The position numbers and the translations under genes were made by a program. A DNA stretch of 59,410 nucleotides, counting the filler, from Catajapyx aquilonaris (taxonomy: Eukaryota), in the NCBI GenBank assembly GCA_000934665.2. It is 3 parts of 3 records of this genome, joined end to end, with 100 filler letters (N's around TTAATTAATTAA, not from the genome) between each part and the next. Parts side by side here need not be neighbours in the genome. Positions count along the whole stretch, not along the records: positions 19,718 to 39,733 come from KZ539534.1; 2 more parts are not named here. The stretch is one strand, 5' to 3'. Shown piece by piece: positions 25,025 through 37,324 of this stretch. Position 1 is the first letter of the stretch. Each line of letters starts with the position of its first letter. The notes under the pieces were generated by a model, which saw only the letters and a list, made by a program, of their open reading frames with translations, was not told the origin of the DNA and made no database searches.

Positions 25025-27129
25025 CATGTCAACTTCACCAGCTAAAAGTCTAAAGGACAAACCTGCTAGCTTTCCTCCACTTGATAAAAGCATTTCGGAG
25101 CATTGTTTCCAATTTGTCCTGCACTTCGTCTTCATATTCCTGATCTGCGGCCTCATATTCAAAAGATTCAGGTTGAACACTGCCCAAACCAAAGGCAGCA
25201 TGGTCAGAAGTAAACAGCGGCAGCCAGCAAGACTTTAAGCCCAACTTGGCTGATATTTGCTTCTGTAACACATGATCCTGAAAGAAAATTGGCTTAATAG
25301 CAAGTAGAGAAGACCAAATTGCTAGAGTGACAGTTGTTAACACAACAGACAAAGCAGCACATGCAGATTGGCAAATTGTACTTTTTGAAACAGAATGACT
25401 GTCAACAGAGAATGGTTATATGGCATGTGACCACCTGCACATTGGCCCAAATATTGTCCTTGCCGATGAGACACCAGACTTTCCTGAATGGACTGAAAGC
25501 ATCACCAGGAGAAAACCTTTCCCCAGTGCATGGATTCCAGTCATATTCGCTTCCTTTCTCACCACCACCCTCTTCATTATCTTCATCCTTGGTTAATACG
25601 TAGGCGGTACATCCTCCTGGGATGGCCTCTCCAATAAGCAGCCACACTTTGAAGGCCTTCTTCTCTGCTCTGGCTGCCATGTGCAAGAAGTAGTTGACAA
25701 GAAGAACACCACGTTCATACTCACTTCCCACCATTAACTTCAGAAGTTGCTGTCATCCTGAAAGAGAAAAAAAATCATACCATTTGAATTTGACTCGTAG
25801 ATGGCCCATAAATCACTACAGTAGTAATTTGTGCATTTTTAAGGAGGTACCATGTTTGATTCAGTTGGGTTCTAAAAATCTTTGTAAAAATTCCAGTTTC
25901 TAGTGAATCTTCTAGTTCAGTTCAAGTGGCATTTCACCTCCATCAACCATTCTCATGACCAACATCACATCTAAAAACTGTGCCCTTTCCTGACATTCTC
26001 TTAAGATGCCCTTTACTCTTTCTGGTTCCAGTGTGTTGGCGCTGCACTCTACCCCCACAACACTGACCTTCTGCTTTGGTTTCTACATTCAGTTTTGAAA
26101 AAAATTTATTGACCACCAGAATGAAAATCAGTTTGCCTAACTTAGAACCCAACTTGCTAATTTACTCATTCAGTATCACTTCAACAAATTATCCATTGCA
26201 GCCAGCCCCCAACTTACGTATGTGGATCTTTCCGCAACATAATATTTAGGTTGAATTTGACACAACCCAGAACATTTCTATATTGTACACACATACACTG
26301 TATACAGGACCTTCTACGTCAATACTGGAGTTGCCTTTGTATTCAACCGAGACCTTTGCCAGTATGAGGGGATTCCCTACAAGGCCCAGAAGCAGTTAGC
26401 AATTTCTGTCATGTGCAACCTGAATGGGGTAATGAGTCTCGGGAGGCAGGGCTGAATTGCCATGCACCAAAATTTAATGAGTTTTCTTGCAATTGCCAAG
26501 CTTTTTATGTTACTACAGTAGTTGGTTCAATTTCTTTTTCTCGCATGCCGCATTTTAAAAAACGTAAGTCCGAATCTACGTATGTTGACCCTGTGTAAGT
26601 CAGGGATTGCCTCTATTTTCATTCTTGACATTGCACTGAAAGATATTGACCTGTTTCCAATATTTCCACCTTTTCTACAATCACACTGCAACCATTCCCA
26701 ACGTAGAGATTATTTCAAAGCATAAGATATACTGCATATAAGGCATCAACTTGCAGAGCATTTTGATTCAGAATAAAAATAGGTGGATGTAAGCATATTA
26801 TTATGAGATCAACTGCAGGAAGTACTCACATCTCATGTAAGCCAGACATCAGCGGCACTACCTTCTCGCCTGGATGGAATAGTGGGAATCATGGCCACAA
26901 ATCTGGCCACTTTCAGCTTGTCCTCTTCCAGCTTATCGTCATCATTTAAAATGCCTTCAGGTGGAGGAAGTGCTTGGAAAAAGCGTGTGACCAGAACTTG
27001 CTTTCCACCCCAACCAACTCCAGCAACAACCTTCCTCTGAGGAAACTTCTTTTGTACTTCCCTGGCCCAAGTCTGACACCTGAAACAATCCAACATTCCA
27101 ATGAGAAGATTAGTCATAAATCAATACAA

Positions 27130-27421
27130 GAACCGAAGCTGGTTGGTGTAGTGGATACGGAGTCAGCCTGCTAATCGGGAGGTCCTGGGTTCGAATTCCG
27201 GGGCCTGCGACCCTGACCGTGGTATTCTATGGTTTCCCACCGTCCTTCCAGGATAATTCTGGGGTCGTTTCCGTAACAACAGGCCACAGCTGCTTCCTTC
27301 CGTCCCTATCCTATCCCAAAAAGCAAAGTAAAATGAAAGCAAAGAGTTCCAGTCAAAACAAAAATTTCCCCCCTAAAGAGCCGCCGGCTGATAACGGGGT
27401 ATGAATTATTATTATTATTAT
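27130..27421 (+). mobile_element. tRNA-derived SINE (family C) with (ATT)n tail
   Basis: A box TGGTGTAGTGG, B box GGTTCGAATTCC, body GGCCACAGCTGCTTCCTTCC, ATT tail and 13-bp TSD TAAATCAATACAA (27117-27129 / 27422-27434). Confidence 0.85.
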
Positions 27422-27746
27422 TAAATCAATACAACAACATTAATTATCTCCATCTGCTGGTTAATGGCATATGGAGACAACTGCTGGACGATTTGGGTTT
27501 CGCGGAACTCTTCACAAACTTTCTTTTTTAAAACTTCCTCGACAACACCCTTTCTGGGCTGGCACCTGGGGTGGACTGTCTCCCCCCCCCCCCNNNNNNN
27601 NNNNNNNNNNNNNNNNNNNNNNNNNNNNNNNNNNNNNCCCCCCCCCCCCCCCCATCCCCGACCTGTAATGCCACTGTGTAGCAGCACTGAAAAAATTCTA
27701 AATAGCAATTTTGGTAAGCAGTGATTGGTCCAAGTGCATTTGTGAT

Positions 27747-28120
27747 GGGGAAGGTGTGGTGGCCGAGATGGTAACGTCTCAGCTTGCTGTGCGAAAGGTC
27801 CCGGGTTCTAATCCCCGCCCAGGAGTTATCTTTCGCCTGCGTCAGTGGGTCTCTGGCCCGCGCCTAAGGTGGAGTCTTGACAACTGGCCTCCTGGGGGAC
27901 TGCGCATGACCCTTTTCAGACATTGCACTTGCACCTGTGTCCCCTCCCCAACTCCCCCCTGGAGCCTCATGTAAAAATCATGTAACTCAAGATACTGGGT
28001 TTTTACTTGTAGGTCACAATTGGACGGGCCTTGTCAAGCTCCATCCACTGCCGGACGGAAGGGCGACTAGTAAGGGACACCCTGTATATACAGTAGCAGT
28101 AGATGGCATATCGACTTGAT
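27747..28120 (+). mobile_element. tRNA-derived SINE (family D); 3' end uncertain
   Basis: GTGGCCGAGATGGTAACG...GGTCCCGGGTTCTAATCCCCG pol III A/B boxes are followed by a non-tRNA body. Confidence 0.6.
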
Positions 28121-28646
28121 CTATATTTCACATCAAACCAGGTGATGTCTGATGTGGCAAAAAAAATGACAAAAGTATTTTACTTGTACATTGTGGATAT
28201 TGTGTTTTGACTCCTGTAGCCTCTTTGAGTAACACCGTTTTATTTATTTTTAAACATTCCCGTAAAAGAGTCATTATCCTTGCATTGAAATCACATCTCT
28301 CAAATTATTATTATTGACATCACCAATTTGTAAACTGGAGTTCTGACCAGGGGTGACTAATCTCGGACTAATCGCCTGTTCTCCACTTCAGGTCGCCGAA
28401 AAAGGTCGAAGGTTGCAAGTGGGGTGGGGAAGGCTTTCCATGACTCACAACTGGTTTTTGGGTCTGCTATTGCCAAATCCAGCATTGAGGGAGGGCTATT
28501 TTTGGAAGGAAAAACCCCTTCTTGTTACTTGTTATTTTGGAAGGTGGTGCTTGCATCTCTTCGGCCAAGTGTGTTTAGCACTTTTCCAAGTGTTGACCGA
28601 TCTGCGGGAAGGAGTTTAATTCCCGGGACAACCGCAATACCCGTAG

Positions 28647-29098
28647 GTTCACCCACTCGGACAAGAAGCCCTACGAGTGTAAGGTGTGCAGGAGGGGCTA
28701 CATGAGGAAGCCCATGCTCTATGCGCACATGAACGGCGAAGGGCACTTCCAGGACATCATTATCGTCAGCCAGCTACAGATCCACCACATCGATGGTGCA
28801 GAAGAAGCGGGATTAAGTGTGAAGCAGTGCGATGTTGAGGTAATCCATTTATTTAATTACAAACTTTATCAACATTTACCCAAGCCTATTTTAAACAGTA
28901 AAAATATCTTTCCGTGCAGGTTGAGCAGGAGTCTTCCATTGAGGGTCTGGCTGTGGCCGAAGACAACCCGGGGGAGTCGGCCTGCTATGTTGCATAGTTG
29001 ATGGCATGCAGGAAACGAGAGATGGTGTCCCCATGGACGGAATTTCTGCCGGTCCAGAAGTTGAGATTGTAATAAAGAAGGGTGGCGTAGAGTATTAA
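28647..29098 (+). pseudogene. C2H2 zinc-finger gene fragment (exon 28647-28839 and exon from 28920), degraded
   Basis: tag|G TTC ACC CAC... gives FTHSDKKPYECKVCRRGYMRKPMLYAHMNGEGH (linker plus finger). GT-AG intron 28840-28919. The second exon hits TAG at 28995 but coding-like sequence continues in a shifted frame to 29098. No intact upstream fingers seen. Confidence 0.65.
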
Positions 29099-29782
29099 GA
29101 TGACAACATCAGAGTGAAAGCGGAGGGGTGAGTTGTTGGGGCCGTGGGTCGCATGCATCCTGACACGGCTTTAAAATAATCCTGGTGCTTTTCGATGAAT
29201 GTAGCATTTCCTATGTCCTCCGTTACAGGTTCCATTTGTTAGCACCGAGCAGTGGAAACTGACGGTGCTAGACCTTTTGTCTTGATTGTAGTGGGAATAG
29301 TAGCCTACCCATATATTCTTGGTTTCATGTTTAATTTTAATAAATTGTCATTCAGTGTGTTCTATATCCGAGTATCACTCCTATGCACTGCTCCAAGAAC
29401 TGGTACAGCATCTTTCTTGTAAATGAAATGATGGTATCTGTGTCAAATTGTGTCTAAAAAATGCTCACCAAGTTAGTCCCACTATTCACAATGCTGCCCT
29501 GAAGTACATTGCCGGACACTTGTTGACGACTCCCGTGAATGCAGACGGCAGCAGAACTAGTGCAGCATCAGATGCAACATGCACATGTGCTCGGCAGATC
29601 CAGGACTCATCAGGTGATACTTTCTGCAAACATTTTGGCAAAATTAGCAAAGAATCATGCTCTATTCTGTCATTTTTCAGCAAACGTATGGCAGTATTAT
29701 TCAAAGACCGGAAGAAATGCTGACAATGAAATGCGGCAAGTACTAGAATTTATATCTCACTTTAGCATTAGCTTCTACAGGA

Positions 29783-32292
29783 TTAAACACTTGAAATGTC
29801 GGTACGCTGCTGGAAAGCTTCGTATAATTGGACGGAATCAGGTGATGTCATGGGACGGACAGTTTGCAGAGCTTCGTCAAAGTGGTGTTTCTCCACCATC
29901 AGATTGTCTGCCAGTGTGTTTCCATGTATGGCTTCTGTGAGCGCCCCCAAGCCTGCAGTGCGACAAAGTCCAACAATCTCAGCTCCAGAGAAGCCGTCGG
30001 TCACACGTCCAAGAATGCACAGATCCACATCTGAGCTCAGAGGCATTTTCCGCTTCTCCACTTCCAGTATAGCCACTCGTGTCTCAAAATCAGGCAAAGG
30101 GACATATACAAGCTGGTCCAGTCTGCCAGGCCTCAAAAAAGCCTATTGTTTAAGAAAAAGTGATAAAAAAACGATTTCTATAGCCGCCGTTATCGTGAAC
30201 TTACCTGATCGATGAGGTCGGGTCTGTTGGTGGCAGCTAGCACAATCACGTCTCTGAGCGCCTGTACGCCGTCCATCTCGGTCAGCATCTGCGCCAACAC
30301 CCTGTTGTGAACTCCGCCACCACTGCCCTCCCGACTCTCCGCCAGCGCATCCAACTCGTCAAAGAACAACACGGATGGTGCCACTTGCCTGGCTCTCCTG
30401 AACACGCTTCTCACCGCCTGCTCGCTTTCACCTACATATTTGCCAAGAAGGTCCGACGCCTTCACGGATATGAAGTTGAGGCCTGACTGCGTGGCTACTG
30501 CTTTGGCGGCCAGTGTCTTCGAGCAGCCTGGAGGCCCGTACATTAGGAGACCACGAGGCGGACGGATCCCAAGGCGGGCGAAGGACTGGTGGTGGAGCAA
30601 CGGCCAGACGATGCACTGGTTCAGCCGCATCTTCAGGTGTTCCTGCCCGCCAATGTCCTCCCATCGAACCTGTCGAGAAACATTGTAACACAAACCTGTA
30701 TAATTAGAGTGCAACTTACATTGGGGACATCCAGTGAAATGTGCTTCATGGCTGACGGATGCACGATGCTCATGGCCCATCGCAGGTTGTCGCTACTCAT
30801 CAGCCCATGGTCTCTGCTTCTGGCATGCTCCACAAGCGCCTTCAAGTCAGCCGCCACAAACCCATGCGCTTGCGACGCCACCTCTTCAACCGATACATCG
30901 TCATCACCTAGAATGGCCGTTAGAATCGCCGCCCGCTCTTCACATCTGGGCGGACACAGCTCAATCTGCCTTTCCAGCCGGCCCGCCCTCAGCACATCTG
31001 GGTTCACGCAATCTGGAGAAGCTGCTGCGGACATAACCAACACCGGACAACCACAACTGGCGATCCGATCAAGCTGACCGAGCAGAGCTGAAGTGATGCG
31101 CAACTGGTGATGGCTTGTCGAATCTGCTATCTTGGTGGCTGGTGCAAGATCTTGAATGCCCTCAATCAGCATAACACTTGGGCTGTCCTTAATTGCCGTG
31201 TCGAAGTGGCGTCTTAATGCGGATTCAGTCTCACCTACATATTTACTGAACAGTTCAGGGGCCTTCAGTCTGCATTGTGTCACGCCACGAGATGCCAGGT
31301 GGTTTGCAGCGGCTTGCATCAGGGTAGTCTTTCCCACTCCGGGCGGACCGTGGATTAGTACTCCAGATGGTGGTGACCAAGTACTAGTTGGCTGCCCAGC
31401 GAACACCATTGAAATCACGTCGCGTAGCACTTGCACCTGCGATTTCATGCCTGGGATATTATCCAAGGTGAAAGCCAAGCGAGGTTCAGCCGTGTCCGTT
31501 GATTTAGCCAATATCTCAAGGACCGTATCCAGCCCCAGTTTGCAGAAAGAGTCCAGCGTCATCCGTCCTAACTGTTCTTCGACTGAACTACTACGCAGCT
31601 CTACTTGCACAACATCCAGTTGCACCTTGTCGCCGTAGCAGTTCAGATGTATCGTCTCACCTACACGCAAGTACATGTCCATGTACTCTCTTTTCACACA
31701 CTCCATGAGCGTGGCTGCCTTATGTTCACACTTCGGCCTCTGTCTAAAGCGCAACACGGCGGCTATGGGAATCGGATTGTCAAATGCTTTCATCTGTATG
31801 CTCTTACTGAAGTTAATCCGCTTTGTAGGGGCCATCAGTATGTGCGGAGTGCTATCAGCAGTTATCCACGCTTTAAAAACATGCGTGCAATTTTTGTCGC
31901 ATGATATCAGAACCTTCCCAAGCGAGCGGACATTGCATATGGCTGCCAGATGCTGCGGCACATACACCATGAGGCGATGACAGCTGGTCGAAACGGCTCG
32001 TGACAAATCTGAAAAATTATTTTCCTCACATTAGCGTTCATCATTCGTCAAGTACAATGTGTAATAGATTGTCACCTTGCTTATCTACACTCTGGACCGT
32101 CCCGTGATATGTTCCGTCTTGCACGTATGGCCATTCCTCTTCTACATCTTCCTTTCCTTTAGTTGGAAAGCAACCCTTCTCTTGATGCAAAGTCAGATGG
32201 GCATGGAAGTAATGACATTTGCACTCAACGCAAGGCAACCAACTGCTCGAGCTCTTGCCTCCAGGTGACTTCCTGGGTGTACGCTGTGGCAT
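29783..32292 (-). CDS. AFG2A: AAA+ ATPase SPATA5/AFG2A (Drg1) homologue, 776 aa; exons 32292-32076, 32008-30720, 30669-30205, 30142-29783
   Basis: Two AAA modules: D1 GPPGVGKT; D2 GPPGCSKT (AFG2-family signature), [22 protein letters not shown]. Three short GT-AG introns (67, 50, 62 nt) join in phase into a stop-free 2331-nt CDS. Confidence 0.9.
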
Positions 32293-33118
32293 TGTTGGCC
32301 ACGTCAGGACACAAGTTCAGAAGCAAAAGTGTAGTGATCTAGTGATCCTGATGATCAATTAAGATCATGCGACAATGATCACGTTGCTCTCAATGAGGCG
32401 ACGAGGGGAGCCTGTCCGTAATTGTGGTACAGGCGCGACAAAATAAAGAATATCATAGTGCTAAGGGATAGTACAGGTGCGTGAAAACTATATAGACCAT
32501 AGGCTGTGGTCCACTATTACTTTTTTTGTTGCTTTTTTTCTATGCAGTAATATGATTACTCAGTACTGTAAAGTAGATCATGTATGTAGGCTATACCTCA
32601 CTTCTCAGGATTTTTATTCATGGTCAGTGTGACACTTGGTGTCACACATCCTGTCTGTTGCAAGAAGTCATATATCTCCCATCAACGTCAAATCAAATGA
32701 AGAGGAGACTCTCCAATTATGTTGCCATATGCGGAAACTTTGAAACAGCCACACGTGAAATCCACTTTTCACAAATAAATATTTCTGACCTGTACACGCA
32801 TACTATTACATTTTTGATACAATTATTCTGTATTATTGCTTTCTCTTGCAATAAGTGTTCAAAAAGTCTAACGAGAACTCAAATTCACTGTAGCCTATAC
32901 ATTTTATTTATTTTACTGCGTATAAACAGATAACATCTTTCACCTTGACTGTATGACTCAATTACATACGGTATATCTGTTATTATTTGTAAAATATCTT
33001 GTCCTTATCTTCAGACTGTTCAGAGTATGTACTATGTGTAAGCTAAAATCTAGGCAATGGCGATATAGCTGGTTAATTTCATGAAGACAACCGCTGTACT
33101 AATGAATTGGGTTTACAG

Positions 33119-33357
33119 GTGCGGAATATGTTCAACTCCAACACTAGTGGAAAATTGAGGAAAAGCACAAAGAGTACGACATTGAGCACCGAGTTAAGGA
33201 GCTGCAGGAGGAGGAGGAAAAGATGAAGGGGTACTACAGGAAGGAAAAGTGCAAAGAGAAGAAGCGGAAGCTGCAAGAAGGCGAAGGTAGTGCCGATCTG
33301 GACATGGAAACTGCTGCGATCATGGGCTTCTCCGGATTCGGAACGACAAGGAAGTGA
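33119..33357 (+). pseudogene. ZMAT2: Orphan terminal exon of ZMAT2/Snu23, frameshifted
   Basis: tacag|GTG CGG AAT..., then after a frameshift near 33150: IEEKHKEYDIEHRVKELQEEEEKMKGYYRKEKCKEKKRK...AAIMGFSGFGTTRK*, matching the ZMAT2 C-terminus. No upstream exons found before SPATA5. Confidence 0.8.
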
Positions 33358-34459
33358 CGTGCGGCCGACTGCAAAAGACTTGTGTACACCGCAACTATGA
33401 AAAGATTGTAACATCACATCAGACCTCTGCATTTTAGCTTGTGAGGCGCACTAAGTCCGCAAGGTAAAATAGATAGGTTTGCAATGCAATTTTTACTTAG
33501 TTGTACCGCAGTACTTTCGGGCTGAAAATGTTCTTTTCGATCGCCATGGGATTGTAAATGTTCTGTTTTTCACCCTCCTCCGGATGAACGTGGAGAAAAA
33601 TCCGACTCGTAGGAATTATTGTTATCGATGGCAGGTGCAGCGTGCATCACTACAGGATGGTCTTTCGTGTGGTGTGTGTGTGCCTTCAATTACTTGGGAA
33701 GTGTTGGATCTTACCCAAAAATGGTCCTGCACCCGACTGCACCTCTTTGGAAATAAATCTGAGGGATTCCGTGTGCTGTCAGTACTTTCTCTAATTACTG
33801 CAATTAGACATACCTTTCACACTTTTTGATGGGTATATGGTTAATTGCCATGTTCATATTCATGTTTAATTAAGGGCTGGTTGTACGACTCAAATTTACA
33901 TAAGATTAATTTTTGTACGACTCAAATTTAGTTGGCTGAGTTGAAAGAGGCTTTTCCTCATTTGTTTTCACACACCTCGTCTAAACGAGGATGGCTCGGT
34001 CTATTCAAAATGAAGCTTTCAAGCAGGAGCTGCCAAATGGCATTTATTTCGGCAACAAGTTTGCTTGAGTGAAATTAACTCTCAGTAATACAAAGTGTAC
34101 TCACCAAAATAATTAATAAAAAAGATTATCACATTATCACAGTAGCCTACATTATTTTGCAACGTTTGGCGTATGTGGAATGAAGGATGGCGTCTTACGA
34201 GATTTCATTAATTTTGTGTCACAAAGCACAATGGACATCAAGCTTGTAACGCATATGTACATACACAAGGGGATTTCCACTTAGCACTTAGTCTACATCC
34301 TATTACTGCAACAAGTATCAAACAATATTTTGAGCATTAATACGTGGATTGTTTCATGAGTCATGAGGGCGATGCGATGGTGCGGTGGGTGGTGTCATGA
34401 TCCCCCTTTGTTTCCCTGCTCCGCGCGCAATATGGGTGACATCTACCTAGGTACGTATA

Positions 34460-35518
34460 TCTCTTCTCTATCTCTATCTCTTCTCTATCTCTATCTCTTC
34501 TCTATATCTATAAATAAGGAAGCTTGATTGTTAGTTTGTGAGTTTGGATGTTTGTCCCTTATAGAAATCCAGAGGAAGGCCCTTACACCGCCTTAAATTA
34601 GCATATCGGGGGTTACTTTTTCCAAGGAATCTAACGCCGCATGTTTCAGCTTCCGAAAATGTACCTAACTCCCACAACACGCATATCCTGCCTCAACAAT
34701 TAGCTTACATCAATAACAATAAATCAATTTGCATTCCCATGGAAATGCCTATTATTTTTAAGCTTTATTTCGTCTTGATGGAACCTTTTTGACGTAGCGC
34801 CCGGGCCCACGGGCAGGGTGACTGGGAAGGGATGTGCAAGGTGCAAGTGCAAAACGGTACATTTTGTGAACTCCCCCAGGTGGATTAGTCTGAGGAGATT
34901 CCACCCGAAACGAAGCCAGAAACGACCCAACTCTGCACCGGATGAAGGAGGGCTGGGATCGAACCCGACGTTTCCGCAGCGCCACTTTGTCTCCCCTAGG
35001 AAATGCCCTTATGCCACAATACCTAGCAAATTAAACCATCTCCGTAAATTCAGCGCATCCACCAATAAATTACGCTAATTGGCCACATCACGTGACTTCG
35101 TATCTTATGGTAATTCCGGGATTTTGTGGGATTTGAAAGTAGACTTCCAGACAAAGTAAATACAATTAAATAATACAGTATTTGCAAAATATTACTCCGT
35201 GTTGAAAACAAAATTTCCCATCATACATCTGTACGTACATTTCTAAAGTTATTCAGAGCAAACGTATGGAACGAGGTAGGGGTGTGAAGTGGCGTTGGGG
35301 GGNNNNNNNNNNNNNTCAAAAATGCAGGGAAAAAACACATGGCTGTGCAGTCTTTGCTTGGGCCAACTCCATCCGCATTCCTCCTTTTACACATCCAATC
35401 AGAATATCCGTGTCGACTGTACGCTATAAGATAAGCAGGTAATCTATATCACAGATATGTACCCCTATCTTTACCAGCACCCCAACATATACCCTGGCAA
35501 CGCCGGGTAACCTGCTAG
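34460..35518 (+). mobile_element. Non-autonomous Helitron
   Basis: 5' end A|TC start (TCTCTTCTCTATATCTATAAATAAG..., first 17 nt triplicated). 3' hairpin ACCCTGGCAACGCCGGGT followed by CTAG|T at 35515-35519. Contains a deleted family-A SINE. Confidence 0.75.
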
Positions 35519-37324
35519 TATCAGATCAAATTGTAATCGCCGGATCTTCAAAACTCAGCAAAGGTCTGGTCATCTCTGTATGTGTTACTGTTTTTGAATT
35601 AAAAAATAAGCGCCATGACATACGAAACAACACACGTACTTTTACAAAGGTGTACTACAATAACATTAAAAATCACAAGACTTTCGAGGTACAACAATCA
35701 TAGACAATTTTTTCCCGGAGTGTCACAGCATAATTATTATGAAGACTGGTTTTTGAGGGTAGAACGAAAAGGCCTGCCGCAGGCGATTTTTTATATATTT
35801 TTTTTAATGCTGTTCAAGTTCACATAAGCTACAATTTGCGCATGTGCGTTTTANGGGCGCTACAACCCCCCCCCCCTGCCTACGCCACTGAGTATAGTGT
35901 ATCATAGTAAGGAACAAATAAACGATGCTCTATCAAATTGATATGAATTATGCACAAATCAATGCCCGTATTAGAATAGGCTTTTTTTTAGGGATCTGAC
36001 ACACCTGCACAGCTGCATGTATACTGAACATGCATTACCGGTACCGGTACTATAGTGACTTCCTCTGCACTTCCTTCCCACCGTTTGCGCGCGGAAGTGG
36101 CAGCAGTAGATAAGATAAATTCAGAGCCAGCGACAATGCCTTACCATGACTTTGACTTTGGGTATTGCTGTTGTACAAGATGGGTCGCACCGGTTCCTAC
36201 GACATCAGCGAGTCGTGTGAGTTTTCCACCACGGCTCAAAGTGCCAGAGTAGTTGTTGTTAACAGTGACATCTCTCAAAGTACTGCCCCTCCGGCTGCAC
36301 CCGCAACGGTAAGATCCAGTCATTAATTATTCACTTTGTCGGTTGAAATATTGTATTTCCGAGGACCACAATTGAATCGTGGAAATCAAAACCGCTCTAT
36401 GTTGCATTTTCGAGATTTGCGAATCTCGACCTTATTGAACGAAGCCTATAATAACGAAAATACGGATCGCACATACGTGATATTGGTATCCACGGAAAGA
36501 TTTGGAGAAACTGTCGACATATCAGGTGGTCCGACCCCCCGTGAGTTAGTTGAACGACGACTGAATGGCAGGCGAGAGTTGGATACCCCCGCAGAGGCTC
36601 AAAAAAACATAGCGCGGTTTTGATTTCCACACAGCCGCGCCGTGGAACGTAAAACCACCTATGTTGAGCGAAAATCAAATTTATTATGCACGAAACTTCC
36701 AATTATGATTCACAGAATAGAGTGCGGGAAAAACAGTTCCGTCGAAACTGAACCCATACCAGGTGGTTCGACGCTCGTAGCTCAAGCAGGAGCCGTACAG
36801 TGAGCGGAAGTAGTACACCCCCCNNNNNNNNNNNNNNNNNNNNNNNNNNNNNNNNNNNNNTACCCTAAGTAACCTAGGCTGAGAAAAATGGACTTTTGTG
36901 AAAACCTACAAATGAAAATAGTGGGGACATGTCCCCACTAATTTACACATGTCCCCACTGTAATGGTACACTTCGCGTGTGTGAGACTGTGGGGACCGAC
37001 AAATGTCCCCACAATTGGAACTGGTCCCCACAGCTACAGTAAAACCACAGACTTCCGTCCCCAGACCTTAGTCAAGACCTGATCACACACACACACACAC
37101 ACACACCTGCAACATACCCCGAACATAGCGCGGTTTTACGTTCCATGGAATATCGAATGAAAGGAAGAGCCACGGAATCTAGGTACACTCGTTTCTCGAT
37201 TCCTTCGGTCCAGTGGCACATGCGGTGTTCTAAATAAGTAGAGGTGTGTCGCATATTACCGCCCGTGTTCGTGGTCTGATAATGTATGTCGGCATAATGT
37301 ATCTCTCTAAGTGTTACGTACGCA

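Larger units (their letters stand above)
22752..27079 (-). pseudogene. CC2D2A: CC2D2A (MKS6) C-terminal ~378 codons; exons 27079-26830, 25749-25435, 25277-25063, 23106-22752; in-frame TGA(s), no 5' exons seen
   Basis: Motifs VTRFFQALPPP, VARFVAMIP, VLLVNYF, AIPGGCTAYVLT, WNPCTG, NIWANVQ, SVQPE, TWNRYCSSILR and [28 protein letters not shown] match the CC2D2A C-terminus. GT-AG boundaries are phase-compatible. In-frame TGA at 26833-26835 and at 22989-22991. Confidence 0.88.

Noticed and set aside
22989..26835. Selenocysteine or alternative genetic code explanation for the two CC2D2A TGAs
   Set aside because: Neighbouring fragments show ordinary frameshifts, ZMAT2 uses TGA as a normal stop, and no SECIS was identified; pseudogenisation is more parsimonious.
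27747..27825. tRNA gene candidates (also 23700-23775, 24215-24289, 27135-27205, 37325-37400)
   Set aside because: A/B boxes are present but there is no proper cloverleaf or acceptor stem, and they continue into SINE bodies, three of them with tails and TSDs.
29470..29730. Cys-rich stretch faintly resembling a decayed RING (RSPRY1-like) exon on the - strand
   Set aside because: Requires several frameshifts, lacks key Cys/His residues and overlaps the likely SPATA5 3' UTR.
36861..37107. GTGGGGAC/GTCCCCAC inverted motifs ending in a (CA)n tract
   Set aside because: Probably the end of a non-autonomous DNA element, but truncated by an N gap and not classifiable.
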